64,000 nt of DNA from Candidatus Melainabacteria bacterium 17Bon1m (GCA_032128875.1 JAVLKG010000004.1:288001-352000); one strand, 5' to 3'; shown: positions 10,650 through 20,992, counted from the first letter of the stretch. Numbers and translations are program-made. The notes: generated by a model not told the origin, from the letters alone.

Positions 10650-11486
10650 ATGCAGGCGCCCCCGGTGAATACTGCGCCGAGTAATGAGCAAGGCGATAAG
10701 TACGCGATGCTTCTCTTTTATTCTGCTGAGGCGCTGGCAGGATTATTGCTCATCGGTGGCACGGCGTTTTCCGTCACGAAGTTTATCCAGGCGTTGAACG
10801 CGCATCCGCTCGATTGGGCGACGTGCATTTGGATGACGGTTGCTCTCGCTTTCACTTTTATTGTTGCTCGCTCACTGGCATGGTTAGCCGTTCTAGGCTC
10901 CGTGCTGCTCGCTGGAAAGCTTAATGCCTGGCAGTCTATGGAAGACATCAGTCGTAAGGCTCAAAAGATGCAAAAGATCATGCCGTCTGGCTCAGCTTGG
11001 GCAAGCATGGTTTTAGCGCAAAGCCTTGCATCGCGTGGAAAATACAAGGAAGCTGCTGAAGTTGCTGAAGCAGAGTGGCAACTTAACGGTAGTTCGGACA
11101 AGAACGATCAAACTCTTGGTCCAACTTGCGCAATTGCATCGTTCGCGTATCAGATGGAAAGCGATATGAAAAACGCTCTCATTTGGAACGATCGCACAAT
11201 TACAACGCTCGGACGCGCAGTTGAGAATTTGAAGAAGCCGAAGAAAGGGCTGATGGCAAATGCTATGTCGGCGCAAAGTGGACAGTATGTAGCGCAAGTC
11301 CAGACGCAATTAGGCGCTGCGTATTTCGGTAACGCCAACATATACTTCCAGCAAATGAACTATCGTCAGGCCAAAGAAAACTATCGCAAGACGATCGAAG
11401 TCATGTCGCAGGCGTCAGACTCACCACAGAAGAATGAGATATTGAAAGTTGCAAAAGAGCAGATGCAGCGACTGAAGCACTCGTAA
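10650..11486 (+). CDS. Membrane-anchored TPR-like hypothetical protein
   Basis: N-terminal TM helices followed by TPR-like helices (AAYFGNANIYFQQMNYRQAKENY); ATG 10650 follows a GGTGGGG SD-like sequence; ORF is open from 10482. Confidence 0.7.
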   Translation: MQAPPVNTAPSNEQGDKYAMLLFYSAEALAGLLLIGGTAFSVTKFIQALNAHPLDWATCIWMTVALAFTFIVARSLAWLAVLGSVLLAGKLNAWQSMEDISRKAQKMQKIMPSGSAWASMVLAQSLASRGKYKEAAEVAEAEWQLNGSSDKNDQTLGPTCAIASFAYQMESDMKNALIWNDRTITTLGRAVENLKKPKKGLMANAMSAQSGQYVAQVQTQLGAAYFGNANIYFQQMNYRQAKENYRKTIEVMSQASDSPQKNEILKVAKEQMQRLKHS

Positions 11487-11489
11487 ACT

Positions 11490-11550
11490 GTAAGGGCGAT
11501 GCGATGCATCGCCCTGTTGTTTTTGTAGGGGTGACGCCATGCGTCTACCT
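11490..11550. repeat. Two tandem REP-like palindromes
   Basis: GTAAGGGCGATGC-GAT-GCATCGCCCT and GTAGGGGTGACGCCATGCGTCTACCT between convergent genes. Confidence 0.65.
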
Positions 11551-11586
11551 TTTTGTTATGACGTCGGCGCATGGCGCGACGATAAG

Positions 11587-12612
11587 CTATTTGCCGAATA
11601 CATTCTCGAAATCGTCTTTGATACTAACTACCGTCCAGCCACGTTCGCTTGCTGCTTTCAGTGCTTTCTCAGCACCTTTGTCATATTTGTATTCACGCTG
11701 TTCATCGTCGTGATGCAATAGAATGCCGAGCGATGGTCCCTTTCTATCAGTGCAATAAGTGAGCATCTCGATGTCGCCATCTGAATTGCCTACTGCAATA
11801 AGCGGACGTTTGCCGATGTGTTCGTCAATCATGATCGGCTTGTGTGGACCGACGTTATAAACGTGCAGAACCGGACGACTGACTACTGCCGAGCGTCCAT
11901 CTTTTTGAATGAATTCGCGTTTCAAGCTGCTGCCAATTACTTGCTCGCCTGGAATTCCATATGAGTCTTTGGAATAGAGCCGAATGAAATCCGCACCAGC
12001 ACCAGAACAAATATAAGTCTTGAATCCATTGGCACGCAGATAGGAAAGCAATTCCACCATCGGTTGATATTTCAATTGTACAAACGGGCGATTGAATCTT
12101 TTGTGTTTTGCGTCAGTAATCCACTTGCTTGCCAGTGGTGGCAATTCCTCCGAACTCATTCCATTCTGCGTGGCTGCTATCAATTTCGTTGCTTCCGCGC
12201 CACGCAAACCCGCAATTGCGCTGTCGTCGCTCGTGAGAAAGGGCTTGATAGCTGCATCATCTTTCCATTCCGGATGCTCTCCTTGTCTGGCAAGAGCGCT
12301 GTCACGCGCAAAGATGACTTGGATAAATGCAGGTTTTTCGCAGAGCAAAGTGCCATCGTTGTCGAAGACCGCCACTCGATCATCCGGTGGCACAAAGTCT
12401 TTGCTTTGCGCATCGGTGACGCGATTGACGAAGTCAAGAATGCTTTGCTTTAGTTTGTTGTCTCTCCAGCTACTTAATGCTTTGCTGGGTTCGACACTCT
12501 GGTGCTGTTCGCAACCGGATGCCGCGCTCCACATAGGCGAGCTGACAATTATGGCGGCGGTCAGACTTGTGGTTACTGCCTTGACGAAAGAAGACGGGCT
12601 CGTTTGGAACAT
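11587..12612 (-). CDS. Secreted HAD-superfamily hydrolase (nonspecific acid phosphatase-like)
   Basis: Motif I FDNDGTL, motif IV GNSDGD, HHDD..REY.YD; N-terminal signal. Confidence 0.88.
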   Translation of the reverse strand: MFQTSPSSFVKAVTTSLTAAIIVSSPMWSAASGCEQHQSVEPSKALSSWRDNKLKQSILDFVNRVTDAQSKDFVPPDDRVAVFDNDGTLLCEKPAFIQVIFARDSALARQGEHPEWKDDAAIKPFLTSDDSAIAGLRGAEATKLIAATQNGMSSEELPPLASKWITDAKHKRFNRPFVQLKYQPMVELLSYLRANGFKTYICSGAGADFIRLYSKDSYGIPGEQVIGSSLKREFIQKDGRSAVVSRPVLHVYNVGPHKPIMIDEHIGKRPLIAVGNSDGDIEMLTYCTDRKGPSLGILLHHDDEQREYKYDKGAEKALKAASERGWTVVSIKDDFENVFGK

Positions 12613-12766
12613 TCTTGCAACTACCTCAATCTCAACGCGGAAGCGGAAATAGGGACATCTACGATGTCTTGCGCCGGCGGCATTGCCTGGTGCGGGTTCA
12701 TAGAATAGCCGATTATTGTGCTCTTTCGGCGGCTTTTTTCGACTTGTCTCGTGATAGACTCCCCTA

Positions 12767-14122
12767 ATGCTACCGGTTGAGCAATCTTGCTATTGGCTGG
12801 CGTCGCGCCAGGGTTATACGCCGTCCGCTCCTTTGTCTGAGAAGGTCGATGCCGACTACGCAGTTGTTGGTGGCGGATTCACCGGCTTGTGGACCGCTTT
12901 ATTTTTGAAACAATTGGAGCCGAGCGCTCATGTCGTGGTTGTTGAAAGCTCTGTGGCAGGTTATGGTGCCAGCGGCAGAAACGCAGGGATAGTAAGTAAT
13001 TCCATCGACCATTCTCACGCTTTGGCGATTTCGCATTTTGGAAAATCAGAAGCAGAAAGATTGGCGAAAATCGGGATGCAAAACATCACCGAGATGGAAG
13101 AGTTTGCCGTAGATTGCGATTTTGAAAGATCGGGGCAATTGCAAGTTGCTTTGAAGCCCGGGCATCTAGAAGATTGCAAACACAATCTCGAAGTGGCAAA
13201 TGACATTGGATTGAGCGGCTATCGAATGCTCAACAAAGAAGAGATACAGGGCGAAGTGAATTCACCTTTGTATCTTGGTGGATTGTTTGTTCCAGGTGGT
13301 GGCACTCTTAATCCGATAAAGTTGGTTGATCGCATTGTCTCTGAAATGAAGAGGCTTGGAGTCGTTCTTTATGAAAATACGCGCGTTCGTGAAGTGGGCG
13401 ACGGCGTGTTGCATTGTGAGCGAGGAGAAATTCGAGCAAGGAAAGTGATCATGGCTACTGATGCATACACGCATCACTTGCTGCCGGAATTATTGTGGAG
13501 ATTTATACCTCTGTATGACTATATTCTGGTCACTGATCCTTTAACTACTGAGCAGAAAGCTCAAATTCGTTGGCACCACCGGCAGGGCATGGTCGATGGA
13601 AGAACATTCTTCAACTACTATCGTCTGACGGCCGACAACCGGATTCTATGGGGAACGAGTGAGGCTGTTTATTATCCGCCCAACAAAGTCGATGCTTCAT
13701 GCGATCACTCCGAGCACCACTATAAAACCCTCAAAGAAAGTTTTGCAAAACACTTCCCGTATCTAAGTGGCATGCAATTCCCCTATGGCTGGGGCGGACC
13801 GATCGCTTCGACCACACGGTTGACTCCGTTCTTCGGAACACTTCACGGTGGCCGAGTAGTATATGGGCTCGGATATACCGGACACGGCATAGGCACCACT
13901 CGTCTTGCCGGAAAAATTATGGCGCATCTCGCGCTTTCTAGAGATAGCGAATTACTGACACTAAAGATGGTGACAGATAAACCATTTCCCTATCCGCCAG
14001 AACCTATTAGAGGCATGTCGGTTAACGCCGTTACTAAGTCTCTTCAGAAAGTCGATGCAGGTGAAAGCCCTAGTTTTCTTTTGCGAATTCTCGACAAAAT
14101 GGGAATCGGATTTTCTAGTTGA
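12767..14122 (+). CDS. FAD-dependent oxidoreductase, DAO family (PuuB/OrdL-like)
   Basis: VVGGGFTGLWTA, GYGASGRNAG and GYTGHG motifs. Confidence 0.88.
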   Translation: MLPVEQSCYWLASRQGYTPSAPLSEKVDADYAVVGGGFTGLWTALFLKQLEPSAHVVVVESSVAGYGASGRNAGIVSNSIDHSHALAISHFGKSEAERLAKIGMQNITEMEEFAVDCDFERSGQLQVALKPGHLEDCKHNLEVANDIGLSGYRMLNKEEIQGEVNSPLYLGGLFVPGGGTLNPIKLVDRIVSEMKRLGVVLYENTRVREVGDGVLHCERGEIRARKVIMATDAYTHHLLPELLWRFIPLYDYILVTDPLTTEQKAQIRWHHRQGMVDGRTFFNYYRLTADNRILWGTSEAVYYPPNKVDASCDHSEHHYKTLKESFAKHFPYLSGMQFPYGWGGPIASTTRLTPFFGTLHGGRVVYGLGYTGHGIGTTRLAGKIMAHLALSRDSELLTLKMVTDKPFPYPPEPIRGMSVNAVTKSLQKVDAGESPSFLLRILDKMGIGFSS

Positions 14123-14317
14123 TTCAAAATTTCCATACTTATCAACAGTAGTCAAGTGCTGAAGACTGCTTGAATTCGAACGAATTTTCAATTTTTGAGA
14201 AGTCAATAATTGAATCTTCGGTCGTCTCATGGCAATATGGGACAAAGTTGATTGATTTGGTCAACATTGATGGTGAGATTTCAGTTCGGCTGAACTCGAT
14301 ACTAAAAAGGAAAACCG

Positions 14318-15595
14318 ATGTCGAAGATTTATTTGGACAACAGCGCCACCACTCCCGTTAGTGAAGAAGTTTTTGAAGCGGCGCTTCCATATTTAAGAGA
14401 TGCGTTTGGAAATCCCGGTTCGATTCATACTCTCGGACAGCAGTCGAAGCAAGCGATCACCAAGGCGCGCAAACAAGTCGCAGAACTTATCGGCGCCAAG
14501 CCTCACGAAATTTATTTCACGCCAAGCGGAACCTACAGCAATAACGCCAGCATCCTGGGACGTGCGCGCTACGTAGAAGAGCGCGGACTTGGCAGACATC
14601 TCATTACCACTAGCATCGAACATTCGTCGGCACTCGGTCCTGCCAAACATTTAGCATCGCGCGGTTGGAAAGTCGACATTCTGGAAGTTGATGCAGAGGG
14701 ATTCATCAGCGTTGATCAAGTTCGCAGTTTGATCACAGAAGAGACCAGCATAATTTCCATTATGTGGGCAAACAACGAAGTAGGCACCATTCAGCCAATT
14801 GAAGAGATTGCAAGGCTCGCCAAAGAACGTGGCATTTTCTTCCACACCGATGCTGTCCAGGCTGCAGGAAAGTTGAAAATCGACGTAGCAATAACTGGAG
14901 TCGATACTCTTTCCATTACCGGACATAAACTTCATTCTCCAAAGGGAATCGGTGCGCTTTATGTTCGCGAAGGCGTAGAGCTGCTGCCCATTGTATTTGG
15001 TGGTGGACAGGAAAAAGGTTTATTTCCGGGGACTGAATCGGTCGCTAATGTTGTTGCGTTGGGTGCCGCTGCAGAAGCTGCATTGCTTGAATACGAATCG
15101 AATTACGAACATCTGCGTTCGATCCAAAAAGTTTTTGTGGACAAATTCTCTGCAATTCCAAATGTCACTTTGACTGGTGCACTTGATCCTGAAAAGAGAA
15201 TTCCTGGGCACGTAAGTGTGATTGTTGCTGATGCGATTGGAGAAGAACTTGTTAACGTTGCAAGTGATGCTGGAATTTGCATTTCGAGTGTTTCTGCATG
15301 CTCCAGTGGCCATCCGTCACATGTGCTGAAGCAGCTTGGATATACTCATGCTCAAGGAATCGGTTCTGCTCGCATTTCGGCTTCTTCTTTGAACTCTTAT
15401 GAAGAGTGCCAGTATGCTGCTGAAGTTCTCGCTCAAATTTTTGCTGGACAAACAGTAACAAGCCAAGAACAGACGGACGTGAATCTGTTTTCACTACCCG
15501 CAAATTCAGAAACTAATTCAACCGTTGTAGACATCAATCGCAGACACAGAGGGCAAGCAGACAAGTATGCACGCCGTGTGAGAAACAACCACTAG
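14318..15595 (+). CDS. Cysteine desulfurase (IscS/NifS group I)
   Basis: IYLDNSATTP, FGNPGS.H, HTDAVQA, PLP Lys in GHKLHSPKG, catalytic Cys in SACSSG. Confidence 0.9.
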   Translation: MSKIYLDNSATTPVSEEVFEAALPYLRDAFGNPGSIHTLGQQSKQAITKARKQVAELIGAKPHEIYFTPSGTYSNNASILGRARYVEERGLGRHLITTSIEHSSALGPAKHLASRGWKVDILEVDAEGFISVDQVRSLITEETSIISIMWANNEVGTIQPIEEIARLAKERGIFFHTDAVQAAGKLKIDVAITGVDTLSITGHKLHSPKGIGALYVREGVELLPIVFGGGQEKGLFPGTESVANVVALGAAAEAALLEYESNYEHLRSIQKVFVDKFSAIPNVTLTGALDPEKRIPGHVSVIVADAIGEELVNVASDAGICISSVSACSSGHPSHVLKQLGYTHAQGIGSARISASSLNSYEECQYAAEVLAQIFAGQTVTSQEQTDVNLFSLPANSETNSTVVDINRRHRGQADKYARRVRNNH

Positions 15596-15608
15596 TCCAC
15601 GTAACTTT

Positions 15609-15661
15609 GTAGAGGAGCCGCATGCGCTTCCCTGGCAGTGAGTCGCATGCGGCTCCCGTAT
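15609..15661. repeat. REP-like palindromic doublet
   Basis: GTAGAGGAGCCGCATGCGCTTCCC-TGGCAG-TGAGTCGCATGCGGCTCCCGTAT between convergent genes. Confidence 0.7.
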
Positions 15662-15665
15662 TGAA

Positions 15666-16715
15666 TTAGAACAAGCCGGTCGGTGGCACGTGTCCACTGG
15701 AGCCTGTCCAATTGGTGGCGGGTATTCCGCTTGGTCCCGGTTTTGTCTTTTCGGCCGCAATATCGTCCAAGACCATCGAGTCGAGTATCTTTGAACGCTC
15801 AAAATCGTAGTATTTGGATTCCATTCCTTTGACGATCAATACCGTACAGTCGGCATGAGTTGATATGTGCTGCGAGACACTTCCAAGTACGAGCTTGGCT
15901 AATCCTGTTCGACCTTGTGCGCCCATGATGATCATATGGGCAGGCCAGTTGTGTGCTCCCTTTAAAATGGTTTCTGTCGGAATACCATCGACGGTGCCTC
16001 GCGTAATTTCGCGTGCGTTGCCGCCTTGTTGAAGGAATGTCCCCCACTTATCCAAAAGACTTTCGATGAGCATCTTGTCAGTCTGATACGTGAGTAAGTT
16101 GTCTGAGGCTGTCTTCACTCCATCCATAGGAGAGTGGTGTAATGGCTCCGTGACTGAAAGCAGTGCAATGTGTGATTGTTTCATCCATTCTTGCCACTGC
16201 AACCACTCAACTGCAGCTGCGCTGTGCTCGGAGTCATCGATCGCGACAAGGACATTTGATCCTTTATCAGCGTCAAGCGGCGCAGAGTCACCACGCACAA
16301 TTGCAACTGGGCACGACATGCCTTCGAGCAGTTTTTGCGAAACGCTGCCCAATAAAATCGTATCGACCGCGGTTTTCTTACGGCAGCCGGTCACCATCAA
16401 ATCAGGATGGAATGTACCGGCAAAGGACAATATTGAATCAACGGGATCTCCTGCTAAAACTTCTGCGCTTACTGAAACGTTTGGCATTTGTCGGGCGAGC
16501 TCTTCAGCAACACCTGCCAGAATTAGTGAAACGTTTTCCGTATCGCATTCGTTTTCCTTGCCGAACGCATGCATCACGTACTTCATTAGTCCACGCTCGC
16601 ATGGCAATACGTGGACTAACTTGATCCATGTGCCAGCCGGCCAATGATATGAAAGCAAGAAGTTGAGAGTTGCGCTCGAATGTTGTGATCCGTCTAGCGC
16701 TGCAATTATCTTCAT
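15666..16715 (-). CDS. Tandem universal stress protein (two USP domains)
   Basis: KIIAALDGS / VLVAIDDS starts; G..G.......LGSVS motif twice. Confidence 0.92.
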   Translation of the reverse strand: MKIIAALDGSQHSSATLNFLLSYHWPAGTWIKLVHVLPCERGLMKYVMHAFGKENECDTENVSLILAGVAEELARQMPNVSVSAEVLAGDPVDSILSFAGTFHPDLMVTGCRKKTAVDTILLGSVSQKLLEGMSCPVAIVRGDSAPLDADKGSNVLVAIDDSEHSAAAVEWLQWQEWMKQSHIALLSVTEPLHHSPMDGVKTASDNLLTYQTDKMLIESLLDKWGTFLQQGGNAREITRGTVDGIPTETILKGAHNWPAHMIIMGAQGRTGLAKLVLGSVSQHISTHADCTVLIVKGMESKYYDFERSKILDSMVLDDIAAEKTKPGPSGIPATNWTGSSGHVPPTGLF

Positions 16716-16772
16716 TGTCTTCAGCCTCTTGGCGCGGTTATATGCACCATTTTATCTGCTCTATTGTCGCCT

Positions 16773-18146
16773 CTACGCTTTGCTTCCGACGACTTCACCG
16801 AGCTGATGTTCCTTCGTGACCGCTTGAAGTGATTCTTCGAGCATTTTCAAGAAGTGATCGATTTGCTCGTAAGTGATCACCAGTGGCGGTTCTATGCGTA
16901 AAACGCGAGCGTTAATGTATGTTCCGGAAATGAGGATATTGCGTCCGAATAATTCTTTAGCAACAGCGTATCCAAGATCATTGTTAGTGAATTCCATGCC
17001 GAGCATCAACCCGACACCGCGCGCACCACTCATAACCTTGGGATACTTCTTGGCGATTTCGTTGAGTTTGGGCAACATGTAATCGCCCTTTTCTTTCGCC
17101 TGATCCACTAATCCTTCATTAAGCAAAACTGAAATAGTTGCAATTGCCGCGGCACATGCCATCGGGTTGCCGCCAAATGTTGTCGTATGAAGGAATGGAT
17201 TTTCAATGTATTTAGCCCAGGTTTTCTCTGTGCCGACACATGCACCAATTGGCATGACGCCACCGCCAAAACCCTTGCCCAATGCCATCAAATCCGGTGT
17301 TACTTCATCGTATTCGCAATAGAACATTTTGCCGGTTCTACCCATGCCGCATTGAATCTCGTCAAAGATCAACATTGCGCCATACTTGTCGCAAAGTTCT
17401 CTTGCAGCCTTCAAGTATCCGGGTGGTGCTACGTTGATACCACCTTCGCCTTGAATAGGTTCTACAACAAATGCCGCTACGCGATCACCTGAAAAGTCAC
17501 AGCTTTCCATGATGACTTTCAGCGCTTGCAAGTCGCCGAATGGAACGTGAGACCAGTTCAACAACGGCAAAAATGGTTCTCTAAATACAGCTTTCGATGT
17601 GCCACCAAGTGAGCCCAAGCTCTTGCCGTGGAAACCACCGATGGTGCCGATAAAATGATGCCTGCCAGTAGCAAGCATTGCCATCTTCAAGCAACCTTCT
17701 ATAGATTCGGTTCCTGAGTTGGTGAAAAATGCATACTTAAGATCGCCTGGTGTTATCAGGGCGACCAGGTGCGCAAGGTATGTGCGCAGCGGATCGATGA
17801 GTTCTTGTGAATGAATTGCTTGTTTATCGAGTTGATCACGAACAGCTTTTACTACAACAGGATGTCTGTGACCGACGCTGTAAATCCCGAATCCGCCGAG
17901 CATGTCCAAGAATTCCTTTCCATGGATATCGCGGAAAACGGCACCTTCATCTTCCCATTCGACTGCGGTGTAATCCGTGCTGACTGATTTGCGATATTGC
18001 AAAAAGCCTTCGTTGACGTGTTCTTTCCAATATTGAACTGAATCTTCCGTTACCTGCTTACGCTCACTCTCTGAGAGCGTTTGCTTTGCAATCAGATCCA
18101 AAACATCTTTGGATTTTGATTGGGCTTTCTTTAGATCCTGTGACAT
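16773..18146 (-). CDS. patA: Putrescine aminotransferase (class III PLP)
   Basis: Closely matches recalled E. coli PatA/YgjG: KEHVN.GFL.YRKSV, HSQEL.DPLR, NSGTES, DEIQ.GMGRTGK, NPFLHTTTFGGNP, RIEPPL; ATG 18146 follows GGGAG. Confidence 0.9.
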   Translation of the reverse strand: MSQDLKKAQSKSKDVLDLIAKQTLSESERKQVTEDSVQYWKEHVNEGFLQYRKSVSTDYTAVEWEDEGAVFRDIHGKEFLDMLGGFGIYSVGHRHPVVVKAVRDQLDKQAIHSQELIDPLRTYLAHLVALITPGDLKYAFFTNSGTESIEGCLKMAMLATGRHHFIGTIGGFHGKSLGSLGGTSKAVFREPFLPLLNWSHVPFGDLQALKVIMESCDFSGDRVAAFVVEPIQGEGGINVAPPGYLKAARELCDKYGAMLIFDEIQCGMGRTGKMFYCEYDEVTPDLMALGKGFGGGVMPIGACVGTEKTWAKYIENPFLHTTTFGGNPMACAAAIATISVLLNEGLVDQAKEKGDYMLPKLNEIAKKYPKVMSGARGVGLMLGMEFTNNDLGYAVAKELFGRNILISGTYINARVLRIEPPLVITYEQIDHFLKMLEESLQAVTKEHQLGEVVGSKA

Positions 18147-18309
18147 GATGATTGCTCCCGACGGGGAAATGAAGCGCTTCTTCGAGCGCCAAAACATCTT
18201 ACTCCAAAAGCATCTTTAAAACATGAAAGATGTCAAGCTTTGTTGCATGCCGAGCATTGCCGGGTTTTAGCCGTCTAAAACCGCGCCATTTTTGGCACAT
18301 TTCAAGCGC

Positions 18310-18882
18310 TTATTTCTTCAGCTTTCTTGCCAACAATAGGATCGCCAACATTGACATTGCATCCGTGATCTCGCCGCCCATCACCATCTCCACGGCTGTC
18401 TCAAACGGCACGCGCTTTAAGCTCAACCTTTCAGTTCCTTCAGGTTGGGCCGGTCCTTGCTTCAAACCCTGGGCCAGATACAAAAATGCAACTTCATCGG
18501 TTGCCGAATTCGATAAGTGAGAAGTCCCGAGCAATTCCCAGTGCGATGCTGTCAGACCGGTTTCCTCCAGCAGCTCTCGCTTTGCGGCTTCCAAATTGTC
18601 TTCGCCTTCGGGGCATCCGCCTTCTGGTATTTCCCATGAATAGATGCCGAGCGGGTAGCGATACTGTCCTACTAAATATGTATAGCCTTCTTCGTCAATT
18701 GGAATTGCACCAATTGCTCTGTTTCGAAAGTGCACGACGCCATAAATGCCGGGCTTTCCGTCTGGTTGAACAACGGCATCCTCTCGAATACGCAGCCATG
18801 GATTCTCATAAATCTGCCGCGTCCCGTTAGTTGTCCACGGATTTGATTCGTCTACAGTCGCTGTTTTGCTTGTTTCCGTCAT
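18310..18882 (-). CDS. NUDIX hydrolase (ADP-ribose pyrophosphatase-like)
   Basis: Nudix box G.......E...EAAKRELLEETGL; QYRYP. Confidence 0.93.
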   Translation of the reverse strand: MTETSKTATVDESNPWTTNGTRQIYENPWLRIREDAVVQPDGKPGIYGVVHFRNRAIGAIPIDEEGYTYLVGQYRYPLGIYSWEIPEGGCPEGEDNLEAAKRELLEETGLTASHWELLGTSHLSNSATDEVAFLYLAQGLKQGPAQPEGTERLSLKRVPFETAVEMVMGGEITDAMSMLAILLLARKLKK

Positions 18883-18920
18883 ACTCTTTCGCTTGTTTTG
18901 CTATTTCTATTTCGCTGTTT

Positions 18921-19751
18921 CTATTTCGCTACGTCTTCCCACCCGGTGCCCTTCAATTCTTCGTTTTGTTTTGGAACGGCCGCCTCCCGTGCTCGCTGTT
19001 TAACCAATCCTGATGGAACTTGAGGCTTTGAGGGATTTTGTAGGGGCGCAAGTTTTGCTTGACCAGCAGGCGCAAAGGTTGAATTGGAGCGACTGGTTGC
19101 GCTCACGCCCTTTACTGTAGTTGTGTCAGCAGATGCGGGCTTTGTTGCGCTTTTCGCTTTCGCGCCTGCTTTTCCACTAATAATTCTGGCGGGCGGTGTG
19201 TTGCTCGGCGGTGGTTCAACACCTCCACTGCGAACGCTCAAGATCTTCTTGATGTCGGCAATGTCTTTGAGTATCGCTTGCTTTTCTTCGGGTGGTGGAT
19301 TGCACTTAAGCGACTGCTCAAATGCTTTGATTGTCTCTTCCAAGCGATCTTGCTTCAGATACGAATTTGCCAGATTACTCCAGCTCATCCAGTCTTTCGC
19401 ATTCAGCGCCGCCGCCGATTTGAATGCTTGTTCGGCAGCTTCGAAATTCTCGACCTTGCGCAGCGCTACACCGAGGTTGTTGAAGAAATCCGGGTCATAC
19501 TCATAGCGCCCAATTGCTTCGTGGTACTTCTTTATCGCGTCCTCGTACCGTTCTTGCTGCATGTATTTGTTGGCGAGATTGTAGTAAGGAAGCGCGGCAC
19601 TCCAATCGTACTGGTTGCCTCTGCCCGGAAAGCCTTCTGCCTGGCACGCCGGAGCATAGATGACGACGCCGCTAGAGACCGACGCAGCGGCGAAAACGGC
19701 TATGAAAACCCTTAAACAGCGATTGATGAAGGCGGATGGTTGGAATACCAT
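18921..19751 (-). CDS. Secreted TPR protein with low-complexity tail
   Basis: Three TPRs (YYNLANKY, NNLGVAL, WSNLANSY); start uncertain because it abuts the divergent glutaminase start. Confidence 0.8.
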   Translation of the reverse strand: MVFQPSAFINRCLRVFIAVFAAASVSSGVVIYAPACQAEGFPGRGNQYDWSAALPYYNLANKYMQQERYEDAIKKYHEAIGRYEYDPDFFNNLGVALRKVENFEAAEQAFKSAAALNAKDWMSWSNLANSYLKQDRLEETIKAFEQSLKCNPPPEEKQAILKDIADIKKILSVRSGGVEPPPSNTPPARIISGKAGAKAKSATKPASADTTTVKGVSATSRSNSTFAPAGQAKLAPLQNPSKPQVPSGLVKQRAREAAVPKQNEELKGTGWEDVAK

Positions 19752-19774
19752 AATTGGAGATCTTGGAGGCTACT

Positions 19775-20992
19775 ATGTCCGATTCGCGGTCCACTCTGTT
19801 CAAGTCTTTCAGCAAAGAAGGAATTGTCAGGAGAGAGGCGCTTCTTGAGAGTTTGAAAGAACGCGGCATCCTTGAAGATGACCCGCGTGTCAAAGCGCTG
19901 TTTAAGGCGCTCAATGGCAGTTCTTCGGAGATTTCCGAAGCGCAGTTTCAAATTTTATCCGATCAAGCGCCTGGGCTGTTCGAGCAAGCTTTAACAGACA
20001 ATCTGGCCATTCCGGACTTCCGGGCTTTTACAGCAGAACTGACCGATATTTTTGATGAAGTTAACACGATTCGCATGGGCAAACTGCCGACTTATATTCC
20101 TCAACTCGAAAGAGTTGATCCGGAAAAATTCGCGATGTCTGTTTGCACTGTCGATGGTCAACGATTTTCAGTCGGTGATTGCGATGACTATTTTTGCGTG
20201 CAGTCTTGCTCAAAACCAGTGACTTATTGTCTTGCTTTGGAAGAGCAAGGTGAAGATGTCGTGCACAGTTATGTTGGGCGCGAACCAAGCGGAAAAACAT
20301 TCAATGAACTGACGTTGAATGCAAAAGGTCTTCCGCACAATCCAATGATAAATGCTGGTGCCATCATGTGTGGTGCGCTGATTAAAAAGGGTGGTGCTCC
20401 ATCAGACCGTTTTGATTATGTGATGGAGAAGTGGAAGACGGCTGCCGGCGGTCAAAAGATCGGTTTTAATAACGCTGTCTATCTTTCTGAGCGTCAAACA
20501 GCGGATCGTAATTTCGCGCTTGGTTATTTCATGCGAGAAAAGAAAGCATTTCCGCCGGACGCTGAATTGTTGGATGTGCTCGAGTTTTACTTCCAGTGTT
20601 GTTCAATAGAAACAACAACAAAATCTATGGCGATAATTGCATCTACTCTGGCAAACGGTGGCATCTGTCCGCTCACAGGTGTGCAAGTGTTTTCTCCAGG
20701 ACATGTGAAAAACTGCCTCTCGCTGATGTTGTCTTGTGGAATGTACGATTTCTCTGGCGAGTTTGCATTTACTGTCGGCATTCCTGCAAAGAGCGGGGTG
20801 TCTGGTGCGATCATGCTTGCAATTCCAAATGTCGGCGGAATAACTGTTTGGTCTCCTTTGCTTGATGAACTCGGCAATAGCGTTCGTGGCGTTGAATTTT
20901 GCAAGCGCCTTGTGAGCCGTTTCAAATTCCACACATTCGACACAATGCTTGGCTTGGGCGACGATCGAATCGATCCACGCAGAAAACGATAA
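19775..20992 (+). CDS. glsA: Glutaminase A with N-terminal EF-hand-like helical domain (animal GLS-like)
   Basis: YIPQL, catalytic S..K (QSCSKP), VG.EPSG..FN, PHNPMINAGAI, CGMYDFSG.FAF.VG.PAKSGV; SD GGAGG. Confidence 0.95.
   Translation: MSDSRSTLFKSFSKEGIVRREALLESLKERGILEDDPRVKALFKALNGSSSEISEAQFQILSDQAPGLFEQALTDNLAIPDFRAFTAELTDIFDEVNTIRMGKLPTYIPQLERVDPEKFAMSVCTVDGQRFSVGDCDDYFCVQSCSKPVTYCLALEEQGEDVVHSYVGREPSGKTFNELTLNAKGLPHNPMINAGAIMCGALIKKGGAPSDRFDYVMEKWKTAAGGQKIGFNNAVYLSERQTADRNFALGYFMREKKAFPPDAELLDVLEFYFQCCSIETTTKSMAIIASTLANGGICPLTGVQVFSPGHVKNCLSLMLSCGMYDFSGEFAFTVGIPAKSGVSGAIMLAIPNVGGITVWSPLLDELGNSVRGVEFCKRLVSRFKFHTFDTMLGLGDDRIDPRRKR

Noticed and set aside
14318-15595. Cysteine desulfurase as encapsulin cargo
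   Set aside because: 7 kb away; desulfurase cargos belong to Family 2A shells and have long N-terminal extensions; no TVGSL-like peptide.
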